DNA of 64,000 bases, from assembly GCA_040954595.2 (NCBI GenBank), contig CM082577.2, forward strand, positions 17,057,903 through 17,121,902. Reading direction: 5' to 3'. Shown here piece by piece: positions 22,701-37,700 of the stretch (the first letter of the stretch is position 1; each line of letters opens with the position of its first letter). A model generated the notes under the pieces. It searched no databases. It was not told where the DNA came from and worked only from the letters and a program-made list of their open reading frames with translations. The DNA is from Balanoglossus misakiensis. Its lineage: Eukaryota > Animalia > Hemichordata. A program made the translations under genes and the position numbers.

Positions 22701-25700
22701 GTAATCACGTCGGGTTTCCTACGGCCTGGGTCAGCTGAAGCCCCGGCACTCTAGAGCAGAAACAGGCGTACATTGACCACGTTGATCAAGTCAGATTTCC
22801 TACGGCCTGGCTCCGCTGTTTCCCCGGCACTATATGACACAGACTGGCGTAAGTAAACAACGGTGATCACGTCGGATTTCCTTCGGCCTGGCTCTGCAAA
22901 AGACCCGGCACTCTAGTACAAAGACGTTGGCTAAGTCGGACAAACCGAAGAGGGAAAGTCACAGCGGGCCAACACTCGACATTTGTTCGGGTAGGACTGC
23001 ATTATTGCCTGTCAATTTATAGAGAAAGCCCGCATTTAACCAGGGCGTTTCAAACACCGACGTTAGTTGGGGGCACGGCCTGCAGTACTGCCGGGTAAGC
23101 AGACATAAGCCTACCGCATATAATGTAGGGGTGGGGGGAAACAGAACGGTTCAACACTACTTTTATGAGATATCAGCTAATTTTGGTCAATCATCTAAAA
23201 TCTAAATCATTTTTTCTTATTTGGATATCTGATGATGTATGAAATTTCCATTATATGTAAAAAATGGTGCTGATTCTAAAAAATGCACTCTGAATGAGCT
23301 GATCTAATACAAAATTTCGTTTTATTCATTTTTGCACCAAAAAGGTCATTTTTAGGCAAACCATTCTTTATTTTTTGAATTCGGTGACCTGATCATATAT
23401 AAACAATTGCTTGTATGTTTTTATGACTTTTAAAAGCAGTGACACTAGCGGCATTCAAGACGAAAATAACAATTTTAGCCAACATTTGGTCAAAAATGGT
23501 AAATTTTTGAAAATTACAAAAAATAACTGTTTTCTACATTTTCGGAAATCTGATGGAGTAATGAATGCTCTTCGTATGTATGTATCGATACAAATTACAC
23601 AAAAAGAAGTCTAATTTGGCTCACTGCAGACAAAATTGCGTTTTATCAAATTTTGCTTGAAAATGTCATTTTTAGAAAACAAAATAAAAAAAACTTTGTT
23701 CTTAGAATTTGGTGCCCTGATCATATATGACATGTTGATTGTATGTTAAAAGTTTCGACCACTCCAAAAATGCAGAGATATTGACGGAATTCAAGACAAA
23801 ATAGCCATTTTGGCCATATTTTGACAAAAATGGTAATTTTTTAAAAAATCCTAAAAATTAACTCTTTTCTTCATTTTCGGAAATATTATGGAGCATGAAG
23901 TGTCGTTCTCTTGCAAAAAGTGCTGCAAATTCCAGAAAAGGCGGTATAATTTAAATCACCCAAGACAAAATTACCTTTTTCGACTTTGTTTCGAAAAATT
24001 GCCATGTTTACAAAATAAATAAGAATCAATTCTTTCCTTAGTTTCAAACGGGTAGAGATACTTTCCACACGGGTTTTCTAACATTGAATTCTTGTTCATC
24101 AACTCAGATTTCCTACAGCATAAGTCGGCTAAAACCCTGATACTCTAGAGCAGAAACAGTTGCACACTGGCAACGTTGAACAAGTCAATTTTTCTACTGC
24201 CTGGCTCGGCTAAATCTCCGTCACAATATGACAGACACTAGCGTACGTTAGCAACGGTGATCAAGTCAGATTTCTACGGCATGGCTTGGCTAAAGCCCTG
24301 GCACTCTACATCAGAAACACGCGTACAGAGACCACGTTGATAAACTCACATTTCCTTCGGCCTGGCACGGCTGATGCCCCGGAACTATAGAACACAGACT
24401 GGCGTAAGTTAACAACAGTAATAACGTCGGGTTTCCTACGGCCTGGCTCAGCTGAAGCCCCGGCACTCTAGAGCAGAAACAGGCGTACATTGACCACGTT
24501 GATCAAGTCAGATTTCCTACGGCATGTTCGGGTAGGACTGCTTTATTGCCTGTCAATTTATAGAGAAAGCCCGCATTTAACCAGGGCGTTTCAAACACCG
24601 ACGTTAGTTGGGGGCACGGCCTGCAGTACTGCCGGTTAAGCAGACATCAGCCTACCGCATATAATGTAGGGGTGTATGTAAAAATGGTGCTGATTCTAAA
24701 AAATGCACTCTGAATGAGCTGATCTAATACAAAATTTCGTTTTATTCATTTTTGCACCAAAAAGGTCATTTTTAGGCAAACCATTCTTTATTTTTTGAAT
24801 TCGGTGACCTGATCATATATAAACAATTGCTTGTATGTTAAAAGTTTTTATGACTTTTAAAAGCAGTGACACTAGCGGCATTCAAGACGAAAATAACAAT
24901 TTTAGCCAACATTTGGTCAAAAATGGTAAATTTTTGAAAATTACAAAAAATAACTGTTTTCTACATTTTCGGAAATCTGATGGAGTAATGAATGCTCTTC
25001 GTATGTATGTATCGATACAAATTACACAAAAAGAAGTCTAATTTGGCTCACTGCAGACAAAATTGCGTTTTATCAAATTTTGCTTGAAAATGTCATTTTT
25101 AGAAAACAAAATAAAAAAACCTTTGTTCTTCGAATTTGGTGCCCTGATCATATATGACATGTTGATTGTATGTTAAAAGTTTCGACCACTCCAAAAATGC
25201 AGAGATATTGACGGAATTCAAGACAAAATAGCCATTTTGGCCATATTTTGACAAAAATGGTAATTTTTTAAAAAATCCTAAAAATTAACTCTTTTCTTCA
25301 TTTTCGGAAATATTATAGAGCATGAAGTGTCGTTCTCTTGCAAAAAGTGCTGCAAATTCCAGAAAAGGCGGTATAATTTAAATCACCCAAGACAAAATTA
25401 CCTTTTTCGACTTTGTTTCGAAAAATTGTCATTTTTACAAAATAAATAAGAATCAATTCTTTCCTTAGTTTCAAACGGGTAGAGATACTTTCCACACGGG
25501 TTTTCTAACATTGAATTCCCGTTCATCAACTCAGATTTCCTACAGCATAAGTCGGCTAAAACCCTGATACTCTAGAGCAGAAACAGTTGCACACTGGCAC
25601 CGTTGGACAAGTAAATTTTTCTACTGCCTGGCTCGGCTAAATCTCCGTCACAATATGACAGACACTAGCGTACGTTAGCAACGGTGATCAAGTCAGATTT

Positions 25701-28700
25701 CTACGGCATGGCTTGGCTAAAGCCCTGGCACTCTACATCAGAAACACGCGTACAGAGACCACGTTGATAAACTCACATTTCCTTCGGCCTGGCACGGCTG
25801 ATGCCCCGGCACTATAGAACACAGACTGGCGTAAGTTAACAACAGTAATAACGTCGGGTTTCCTACGGCCTGGCTCAGCTGAAGCCCCGGCACTCTAGAG
25901 CAGAAACAGGCGTACATTGACCACGTTGATCAAGTCAGATTTCCTACGGCATGTTCGGGTAGGACTGCTTTATTGCCTGTCAATTTATAGAGAAAGCCCG
26001 CATTTAACCAGGGCGTTTCAAACACCGACGTTAGTTGGGGGCACTGCCTGCAGTACTGCCGGTTAAGCAGACATCAGCCTACCGCATATAATGTAGGGGT
26101 GTATGTAAAAATGGTGCTGATTCTAAAAAATGCACTCTGAATGAGCTGATCTAATACAAAATTTCGTTTTATTCATTTTTGCACCAAAAAGGTCATTTTT
26201 AGGCAAACCATTCTTTATTTTTTGAATTCGGTGACCTGATCATATATAAACAATTGCTTGTATGTTAAAAGTTTTTATGACTTTTAAAAGCAGTGACACT
26301 AGCGGCATTCAAGACGAAAATAACAATTTTAGCCAACATTTGGTCAAAAATGGTAAATTTTTGAAAATTACAAAAAATAACTGTTTTCTACATTTTCGGA
26401 AATCTGATGGAGTAATGAATGCTCTTCGTATGTATGTATCGATACAAATTACACAAAAAGAAGTCTAATTTGGCTCACTGCAGACAAAATTGCGTTTTAT
26501 CAAATTTTGCTTGAAAATGTCATTTTTAGAAAACAAAATAAAAAAACCTTTGTTCTTCGAATTTGGTGCCCTGATCATATATGACATGTTGATTGTATGT
26601 TAAAAGTTTCGACCACTCCAAAAATGCAGAGATATTGACGGAATTCAAGACAAAATAGCCATTTTGGCCATATTTTGACAAAAATGGTAATTTTTTAAAA
26701 AATCCTAAAAATTAACTCTTTTCTTCATTTTCGGAAATATTATGGAGCATGAAGTGTCGTTCTCTTGCAAAAAGTGCTGCAAATTCCAGAAAAGGCGGTA
26801 TAATTTAAATCACCCAAGACAAAATTACCTTTTTCGACTTTGTTTCGAAAAATTGTCATTTTTACAAAATAAATAAGAATCAATTCTTTCCTTAGTTTCA
26901 AACGGGTAGAGATACTTTCCACACGGGTTTTCTAACATTGAATTCCCGTTCATCAACTCAGATTTCCTACAGCATAAGTCGGCTAAAACCCTGATACTCT
27001 AGAGCAGAAACAGTTGCACACTGGCAACGTTGAACAAGTCAATTTTTCTACTGCCTGGCTCGGCTAAATCTCCGTCACAATATGACAGACACTAGCGTAC
27101 GTTAGCAACGGTGATCAAGTCAGATTTCTACGGCATGGCTTGGCTAAAGCCCTGGCACTCTACATCAGAAACACGCGTACAGAGACCACGTTGATAAACT
27201 CACATTTCCTTCGGCCTGGCACGGCTGATGCCCCGGCACTATAGAACACAGACTGGCGTAAGTTAACAACAGTAATAACGTCGGGTTTCCTACGGCCTGG
27301 CTCAGCTGAAGCCCCGGCACTCTAGAGCAGAAACAGGCGTACATTGACCACGTTGATCAAGTCAGATTTCCTACGGCATGTTCGGGTAGGACTGCTTTAT
27401 TGCCTGTCAATTTATAGAGAAAGCCCGCATTTAACCAGGGCGTTTCAAACACCGACGTTAGTTGGGGGCACGGCCTGCAGTACTGCCGGGTAAGCAGACA
27501 TCAGCCTACCGCATATAATGTAGGGGTGTATGTAAAAATGGTGCTGATTCTAAAAAATGCACTCTGAATGAGCTGATCTAATACAAAATTTCGTTTTATT
27601 CATTTTTGCACCAAAAAGGTCATTTTTAGGCAAACCATTCTTTATTTTTTGAATTCGGTGACCTGATCATATATAAACAATTGCTTGTATGTTAAAAGTT
27701 TTTATGACTTTTAAAAGCAGTGACACTAGCGGCATTCAAGACGAAAATAACAATTTTAGCCAACATTTGGTCAAAAATGGTAAATTTTTGAAAATTACAA
27801 AAAATAACTGTTTTCTACATTTTCGGAAATCTGATGGAGTAATGAATGCTCTTCGTATGTATGTATCGATACAAATTACACAAAAAGAAGTCTAATTTGG
27901 CTCACTGCAGACAAAATTGCGTTTTATCAAATTTTGCTTGAAAATGTCATTTTTAGAAAACAAAATAAAAAAACCTTTGTTCTTCGAATTTGGTGCCCTG
28001 ATCATATATGACATGTTGATTGTATGTTAAAAGTTTCGACCACTCCAAAAATGCAGAGATATTGACGGAATTCAAGACAAAATAGCCATTTTGGCCATAT
28101 TTTGACAAAAATGGTAATTTTTTAAAAAATCCTAAAAATTAACTCTTTTCTTCATTTTCGGAAATATTATGGAGCATGAAGTGTCGTTCTCTTGCAAAAA
28201 GTGCTGCAAATTCCAGAAAAGGCGGTATAATTTAAATCACCCAAGACAAAATTACCTTTTTCGACTTTGTTTCGAAAAATTGTCATTTTTACAAAATAAA
28301 TAAGAATCAATTCTTTCCTTAGTTTCAAACGGGTAGAGATACTTTCCACACGGGTTTTCTAACATTGAATTCCCGTTCATCAACTCAGATTTCCTACAGC
28401 ATAAGTCGGCTAAAACCCTGATACTCTAGAGCAGAAACAGTTGCACACTGGCAACGTTGAACAAGTCAATTTTTCTACTGCCTGGCTCGGCTAAATCTCC
28501 GTCACAATATGACAGACACTAGCGTACGTTAGCAACGGTGATCAAGTCAGATTTCTACGGCATGGCTTGGCTAAAGCCCTGGCACTCTACATCAGAAACA
28601 CGCGTACAGAGACCACGTTGATAAACTCACATTTCCTTCGGCCTGGCACGGCTGATGCCCCGGCACTATAGAACACAGACTGGCGTAAGTTAACAACAGT

Positions 28701-31700
28701 AATAACGTCGGGTTTCCTACGGCCTGGCTCAGCTGAAGCCCCGGCACTCTAGAGCAGAAACAGGCGTACATTGACCACGTTGATCAAGTCAGATTTCCTA
28801 CGGCATGTTCGGGTAGGACTGCTTTATTGCCTGTCAATTTATAGAGAAAGCCCGCATTTAACCAGGGCGTTTCAAACACCGACGTTAGTTGGGGGCACGG
28901 CCTGCAGTACTGCCGGGTAAGCAGACATCAGCCTACCGCATATAATGTAGGGGTGTATGTAAAAATGGTGCTGATTCTAAAAAATGCACTCTGAATGAGC
29001 TGATCTAATACAAAATTTCGTTTTATTCATTTTTGCACCAAAAAGGTCATTTTTAGGCAAACCATTCTTTATTTTTTGAATTCGGTGACCTGATCATATA
29101 TAAACAATTGCTTGTATGTTAAAAGTTTTTATGACTTTTAAAAGCAGTGACACTAGCGGCATTCAAGACGAAAATAACAATTTTAGCCAACATTTGGTCA
29201 AAAATGGTAAATTTTTGAAAATTACAAAAAATAACTGTTTTCTACATTTTCGGAAATCTGATGGAGTAATGAATGCTCTTCGTATGTATGTATCGATACA
29301 AATTACACAAAAAGAAGTCTAATTTGGCTCACTGCAGACAAAATTGCGTTTTATCAAATTTTGCTTGAAAATGTCATTTTTAGAAAACAAAATAAAAAAA
29401 ACTTTGTTCTTAGAATTTGGTGCCCTGATCATATATGACATGTTGATTGTATGTTAAAAGTTTCGACTACTCCAAAAATGAAGAGATATTGACGGAATTC
29501 AAGACAAAATAGCCATTTTGGCCATATTTTGACAAAATGGTAATTTTTTAAAAAATCCTAAAAATTAACTCTTTTCTTCATTTTCGGAAATATTATGGAG
29601 CATGAAGTGTCGTTCTCTTGCAAAAAGTGCTGCAAATTCCAGAAAAGGCGATATAATTTGAATCACCCAAGACAAAATTACCATTTTCGACTTTGTTTCG
29701 AAAAGTTGTCATTTTTACAAAATAAATAAAAATCAATTCTTTCCTTAGTTTCAAACGGGTAGAGATACTTTCCACACGGGTTTTCTAACATTGAATTTCC
29801 GTTCATCAACTCAAATATGCTACAGCATAAGTCGGCTAAAACCCTGATACTCTAGGGCAGAAACAGTTGCACACTGGCAACGTTGAACAAGTCAATGTTT
29901 CTACTGCCTGGCTCGGCTAAATCTCCGTCACAATATGACAGACACTAGCGTACGTTAGCAACGGTGATCAAGTCAGATTTCTACGGCATGGCTTGGCTAA
30001 AGCCCTGGCACTCTAGATCAGAAACACGCGTACAGAGACCACGTTGATCAACTCACATTTCCTTCGGCCTGGCACGGCTGATGCCCCGGCACTATAGGAC
30101 ACAGACTGGCGTAAGTTAACAACGGTAATAACGTCGGGTTTCCTACGGCCTGGCTCAGCTGAAGCCCCGGCACTCTAGAGCAGAAACAGGCGTACATTGA
30201 CCACGTTGATCAAGTCAGATTTCCTACGGCCTGGCTCGGCTGAAGTCGCGGCACTATATGACACAGACTGGCGTAAGTTATCAACGGTGATTACGTCGGA
30301 TTTACTACGGACTGGCTTAGCTGTAGCCCCGGCACTTTAGAGCGGAAACACGCGTACATTGACCACGATGAACAAGTCAGATCTCCTACGGCCTGGCTCG
30401 ACTAAAACCCCGGCACACCTTGACAGACATTAGCGTTCGTTAGCAACGTTGATCAAGTCAGATTTCCTACGGCATAGCTTGGCTAAAGCCCTGGCTCTTA
30501 GAGCAGAAACACGCGTACAGAGACCACGTTGATCAACTCACATTTCCTTCGGCCTGGCACGGCTGATGCCCCGGCACTATAGAACACAGACTGGCGTAAG
30601 TTAACAACAGTAATAACGTCGGGTTTCCTACGGCCTGGCTCAGCTGAAGCCCCGGCACTCTAGAGCAGAAACAGGCGTACATTGACCACGTTGATCAAGT
30701 CAGATTTCCTACGGCATGGCTCGGCTGAAGCCCCGGCACTATAGGACACAGACTGGCGTAAGTAAACAACGGTGATCACGTCGGATTTCCTTCGGACTGG
30801 CTCTGCAAAAGACCCGGCACTCTAGTACAAAGACGTTGCCTAAGTCGGACAAACCGAAGAGGGAAAGTCACAGCGGGCCAACACTCGACATTTGTTCGGG
30901 TAGGACTGCATTACTGCCTGTCAATTTATAGAGAAAGCGCGCATTTAACCAGGGCGTTTCAAACATCTACGTTAGTTGGGGGCACGGCACTCTAGAGCAG
31001 AAACAGGCGTACATTGACCACGTTTATCAAGTCAGATTTCCTACGGCATGGCAAAAAGTGCTGCAAATTCCAGAAAAGGCGGAATAATTTAAATCACCCA
31101 AGACAAAATTACCTTTTTCGACTTTGTTTCGAAAAATTGTCATTTTTACAAAATAAATAAGAATCAATTCTTTCCTTAGTTTCAAACGGGTAGAGATACT
31201 TTCCACACGGGTTTTCTAACATTGAATTCCCGTTCATCAACTCAGATTTCCTACAGCATAAGTCGGCTAAAACCCTGATACTCTAGAGCAGAAACAGTTG
31301 CACACTGGCAACGTTGAACAAGTCAATTTTTCTACTGCCTGGCTCGGCTAAATCTCCGTCACAATATGACAGACACTAGCGTACGTTAGCAACGGTGATC
31401 AAGTCAGATTTCTACGGCATGGCTTGGCTAAAGCCCTGGCACTCTACATCAGAAACACGCGTACAGAGACCACGTTGATAAACTCACATTTCCTTCGGCC
31501 TGGCACGGCTGATGCCCCGGCACTATAGAACACAGACTGGCGTAAGTTAACAACAGTAATAACGTCGGGTTTCCTACGGCCTGGCTCAGCTGAAGCCCCG
31601 GCACTCTAGAGCAGAAACAGGCGTACATTGACCACGTTGATCAAGTCAGATTTCCTACGGCATGTTCGGGTAGGACTGCTTTATTGCCTGTCAATTTATA

Positions 31701-34700
31701 GAGAAAGCCCGCATTTAACCAGGGCGTTTCAAACACCGACGTTAGTTGGGGGCACGGCCTGCAGTACTGCCGGGTAAGCAGACATCAGCCTACCGCATAT
31801 AATGTAGGGGTGTATGTAAAAATGGTGCTGATTCTAAAAAATGCACTCTGAATGAGCTGATCTAATACAAAATTTCGTTTTATTCATTTTTGCACCAAAA
31901 AGGTCATTTTTAGGCAAACCATTCTTTATTTTTTGAATTCGGTGACCTGATCATATATAAACAATTGCTTGTATGTTAAAAGTTTTTATGACTTTTAAAA
32001 GCAGTGACACTAGCGGCATTCAAGACGAAAATAACAATTTTAGCCAACATTTGGTCAAAAATGGTAAATTTTTGAAAATTACAAAAAATAACTGTTTTCT
32101 ACATTTTCGGAAATCTGATGGAGTAATGAATGCTCTTCGTATGTATGTATCGATACAAATTACACAAAAAGAAGTCTAATTTGGCTCACTGCAGACAAAA
32201 TTGCGTTTTATCAAATTTTGCTTGAAAATGTCATTTTTAGAAAACAAAATAAAAAAAACTTTGTTCTTAGAATTTGGTGCCCTGATCATATATGACATGT
32301 TGATTGTATGTTAAAAGTTTCGACTACTCCAAAAATGAAGAGATATTGACGGAATTCAAGACAAAATAGCCATTTTGGCCATATTTTGACAAAATGGTAA
32401 TTTTTTAAAAAATCCTAAAAATTAACTCTTTTCTTCATTTTCGGAAATATTATGGAGCATGAAGTGTCGTTCTCTTGCAAAAAGTGCTGCAAATTCCAGA
32501 ATAGGCGATATAATTTGAATCACCCAAGACAAAATTACCATTTTCGACTTTGTTTCGAAAAGTTGTCATTTTTACAAAATAAATAAGAATCAATTCTTTC
32601 CTTAGTTTCAAACGGGTAGAGATACTTTCCACACGGGTTTTCTAACATTGAATTTCCGTTCATCAACTCAAATATGCTACAGCATAAGTCGGCTAAAACC
32701 CTGATACTCTAGGGCAGAAACAGTTGCACACTGGCAACGTTGAACAAGTCAATGTTTCTACTGCCTGGCTCGGCTAAATCTCCGTCACAATATGACAGAC
32801 ACTAGCGTACGTTAGCAACGGTGATCAAGTCAGATTTCTACGGCATGGCTTGGCTAAAGCCCTGGCACTCTAGATCAGAAACACGCGTACAGAGACCACG
32901 TTGATCAACTCACATTTCCTTCGGCCTGGCACGGCTGATGCCCTGGCACTATAGGACACAGACTGGCGTAAGTTAACAACGGTAATAACGTCGGGTTTCC
33001 TACGGCCTGGCTCAGCTGAAGCCCCGGCACTCTAGAGCAGAAACAGGCGTACATTGACCACGTTGATCAAGTCAGATTTCCTACGGCCTGGCTCGGCTGA
33101 AGTCGCGGCACTATATGACACAGACTGGCGTAAGTTATCAACGGTGATTACGTCGGATTTACTACGGACTGGCTTGGCTGTAGCCCCGGCACTTTGGAGC
33201 GGAAACACGCGTACATTGACCACGATGAACAAGTCAGATCTCCTACGGCCTGGCTCGACTAAAACCCCGGCACACCTTGACAGACATTAGCGTTCGTTAG
33301 CAACGTTGATCAAGTCAGATTTCCTACGGCATAGCTTGGCTAAAGCCCTGGCTCTTAGAGCAGAAACACGCGTACAGAGACCACGTTGATCAACTCACAT
33401 TTCCTTCGGCCTGGCACGGCTGATGCCCCGGCACTATAGAACACAGACTGGCGTAAGTTAACAACAGTAATAACGTCGGGTTTCCTACGGCCTGGCTCAG
33501 CTGAAGCCCCGGCACTCTAGAGCAGAAACAGGCGTACATTGACCACGTTGATCAAGTCAGATTTCCTACGGCATGGCTCGGCTGAAGCCCCGGCACTATA
33601 GGACACAGACTGGCGTAAGTAAACAACGGTGATCACGTCGGATTTCCTTCGGACTGGCTCTGCAAAAGACCCGGCACTCTAGTACAAAGACGTTGCCTAA
33701 GTCGGACAAACCGAAGAGGGAAAGTCACAGCGGGCCAACACTCGACATTTGTTCGGGTAGGACTGCATTACTGCCTGTCAATTTATAGAGAAAGCGCGCA
33801 TTTAACCAGGGCGTTTCAAACACCTACGTTAGTTGGGGGCACGGCACTCTAGAGCAGAAACAGGCGTACATTGACCACGTTTATCAAGTCAGATTTCCTA
33901 CGGCAGGGCTCGGCTGAAGCCCCGGCACTATATGACACAGACTGGCGTAAGTTATCAACGGTGATTACGTCGGATTTACTACGGACTGGCTTAGCTGTAG
34001 CCCCGGCACTTTAGAGCGGAAACACGCGTACATTGACCACGATGATCAAGTCAGATCTCCAACGGCCTGGCTCGACTAAAACCCCGGCACACCTTGACAG
34101 ACATTAGCGTTCGTTAGCAACGTTGATCAAGTCAGATTTCCTTCGGCATAGCTTGGCTAAAGCCCTGGCACTCTAGAGCAGAAACACGCGTACAGAGACC
34201 ACGTTGATCAACTCACATTTCCTTCGGCCTGGCACGGCTGATGCCCCGGCACTATAGGACACAGACTGGCGTAAGTTAACAACGGTAATCACGTCGGGTT
34301 TCCTACGGCCTGGCTCAGCTGAAGCCCCGGCACTCTAGAGCAGAAACAGGCGTACATTGACCACGTTGATCAAGTCAGATTTCCTACGGCATGTTCGGGT
34401 AGGACTGCTTTATTGCCTGTCAATTTATAGAGAAAGCCCGCATTTAACCAGGGCGTTTCAAACACCGACGTTAGTTGGGGGCACGGCCTGCAGTACTGCC
34501 GGTTAAGCAGACATCAGCCTACCGCATATAATGTAGGGGTGTATGTAAAAATGGTGCTGATTCTAAAAAATGCACTCTGAATGAGCTGATCTAATACAAA
34601 ATTTCGTTTTATTCATTTTTGCACCAAAAAGGTCATTTTTAGGCAAACCATTCTTTATTTTTTGAATTCGGTGACCTGATCATATATAAACAATTGCTTG

Positions 34701-37700
34701 TATGTTAAAAGTTTTTATGACTTTTAAAAGCAGTGACACTAGCGGCATTCAAGACGAAAATAACAATTTTAGCCAACATTTGGTCAAAAATGGTAAATTT
34801 TTGAAAATTACAAAAAATAACTGTTTTCTACATTTTCGGAAATCTGATGGAGTAATGAATGCTCTTCGTATGTATGTATCGATACAAATTACACAAAAAG
34901 AAGTCTAATTTGGCTCACTGCAGACAAAATTGCGTTTTATCAAATTTTGCTTGAAAATGACATTTTTAGAAAACAAAATAAAAAAAACTTTGTTCTTAGA
35001 ATTTGGTGCCCTGATCAAATATGACATGTTGATTGTATGTTAAAAGTTTCGACTACTCCAAAAATGAAGAGATATTGACGGAATTCAAGACAAAATAGCC
35101 ATTTTGGCCATATTTTGACAAAATGGTAATTTTTTAAAAAATCCTAAAAATTAACTCTTTTCTTCATTTTCGGAAATATTATGGAGCATGAAGTGTCGTT
35201 CTCTTGCAAAAAGTGCTGCAAATTCCAGAAAAGGCGATATAATTTGAATCACCCAAGACAAAATTACCATTTTCGACTTTGTTTCGAAAAGTTGTCATTT
35301 TTACAAAATAAATAAGAATCAATTCTTTCCTTAGTTTCAAACGGGTAGAGATACTTTCCACACGGATTTTCTAACATTGAATTCCCGTTCATCAACTCAA
35401 ATATGCTACAGCATAAGTCGGCTAAAACCCTGATACTCTAGGGCAGAAACAGTTGCACACTGGCAACGTTGAACAAGTCAATGTTTCTACTGCCTGGCTC
35501 GGCTAAATCTCCGTCACAATATGACAGACACTAGCGTACGTTAGCAACGGTGATCAAGTCAGATTTCTACGGCATGGCTTGGCTAAAGCCCTGGCACTCT
35601 AGATCAGAAACACGCGTACAGAGACCACGTTGATCAACTCACATTTCCTTCGGCCTGGCACGGCTGATGCCCCGGCACTATAGGACACAGACTGGCGTAA
35701 GTTAACAACGGTAATAACGTCGGGTTTCCTACGGCCTGGCTCAGCTGAAGCCCCGGCACTCTAGAGCAGAAACAGGCGTACATTGACCACGTTGATCAAG
35801 TCAGATTTCCTACGGCCTGGCTCGGCTGAAGTCGCGGCACTATATGACACAGACTGGCGTAAGTTATCAACGGTGATTACGTCGGATTTACTACGGACTG
35901 GCTTAGCTGTAGCCCCGGCACTTTAGAGCGGAAACACGCGTACATTGACCACGATGAACAAGTCAGATCTCCTACGGCCTGGCTCGAATAAAACCCCGGC
36001 ACACCTTGACAGACATTAGCGTTCGTTAGCAACGTTGATCAAGTCAGATTTCCTACGGCATAGCTTGGCTAAAGCCCTGGCACTTAGAGCAGAAACACGC
36101 GTACAGAGACCACGTTGATCAACTCACATTTCCTTCGGCCTGGCACGGCTGATGCCCCGGCACTATAGGACACAGACTGGCGTAAGTAAACAACGGTGAT
36201 CACGTCGGATTTCCTTCGGACTGGCTCTGCAAAAGACCCGGCACTCTAGTACAAAGACGTTGCCTAAGTCGGACAAACCGAAGAGGGAAAGTCACAGCGG
36301 GCCAACACTCGACATTTGTTCGGGTAGGACTGCATTACTGCCTGTCAATTTATAGAGAAAGCCCGCATTTAACCAGGGCATTTCAAACACCGACGTTAGT
36401 TGGGGGCACGGCACTCTAGAGCAGAAACAGGCGTACATTGACCACGTTGATCAAGTCAGATTTCCTACGGCATGGCTCGGCTGAAGCCCCGGCACTATAT
36501 GACACAGACTGGCGTAAGTTATCAACGGTGATTACGTCGGATTTACTACGGACTGGCTTAGCTGTAGCCCCGGCACTTTAGAGCGGAAACACGCGTACAT
36601 TAACCACGATGATCAAGTCAGATCTCCTACGGCCTGGCTCGACTAAAACCCCGGCACACCTTGACAGACATTAGCGTTCGTTAGCAACGTTGATCAAGTC
36701 AGATTTCCTACGGCATAGCTTGGCTAAAGCCCTGGCACTTAGAGCAGAAACACGCGTACAGAGACCACGTTGATCAACTCACATTTCCTTCGGCCTGGCA
36801 CGGCTGATGCCCCGGCACTATAGGACACAGACTGGCGTAAGTTAACAACGGTAATCACGTCGGGTTTCCTACGGCCTGGGTCAGCTGAAGTCCCGGCACT
36901 CTAGAGCAGAAACAGGCGTACAGAGACCACGTTGATCAACTCACATTTCATTCGGCCTGGCTCGGCTGTTTCCCCGGCACTATATGACACAGACTGGCGT
37001 AAGTAAACAACGGTGATCACGTCGGATTTCCTTCGGCCTGGCTCTGCAAAAGACCCGGCACTCTAGTACAAAGACGTTGCCTTAGTCGGACAAACCGAAG
37101 AGGGAAAGTCACAGCGGGCCAACACTCGACATTTGTTCGGGTAGGACTGCATTATTGCCTGTCAATTTATAGAGAAAGCCCGCATTTAACCAGGGCGTTT
37201 CAAACACCGACGTAAGTTGGGGGGCACGGCCTGCAGTACTGCCGGGTAAGCAGACATCAGCCTACCGCATATAATGTAGGGGTGTATGTAAAAATGGTGC
37301 TGATTTTAAAAAATGCACTCTGAATGAGCTGATCTAATACAAAATTTCGTTTTATTCATTTTTGCACCAAAAAGGTCATTTTTAGGCAAACCATTCTTTA
37401 TTTTTTGAATTCGGTGACCTGATCATATATAAACAATTGCTTGTATGTTAAAAGTTTTTATGACTTTTAAAGCAGTGACACTAGCGGCATTCAAGACGAA
37501 AATAACAATTTTAGCCAACATTTGGTCAAAAATGGTAAATTTTTGAAAATTACAAAAAATAACTGTTTTCTACATTTTCGGAAATCTGATGGAGTAATGA
37601 ATGCTCTTCGTATGTATGTATCGATACAAATTACACAAAAAGAAGTCTAATTTGGCTCACTGCAGACAAAATTGCGTTTTATCAAATTTTGCTTGAAAAT

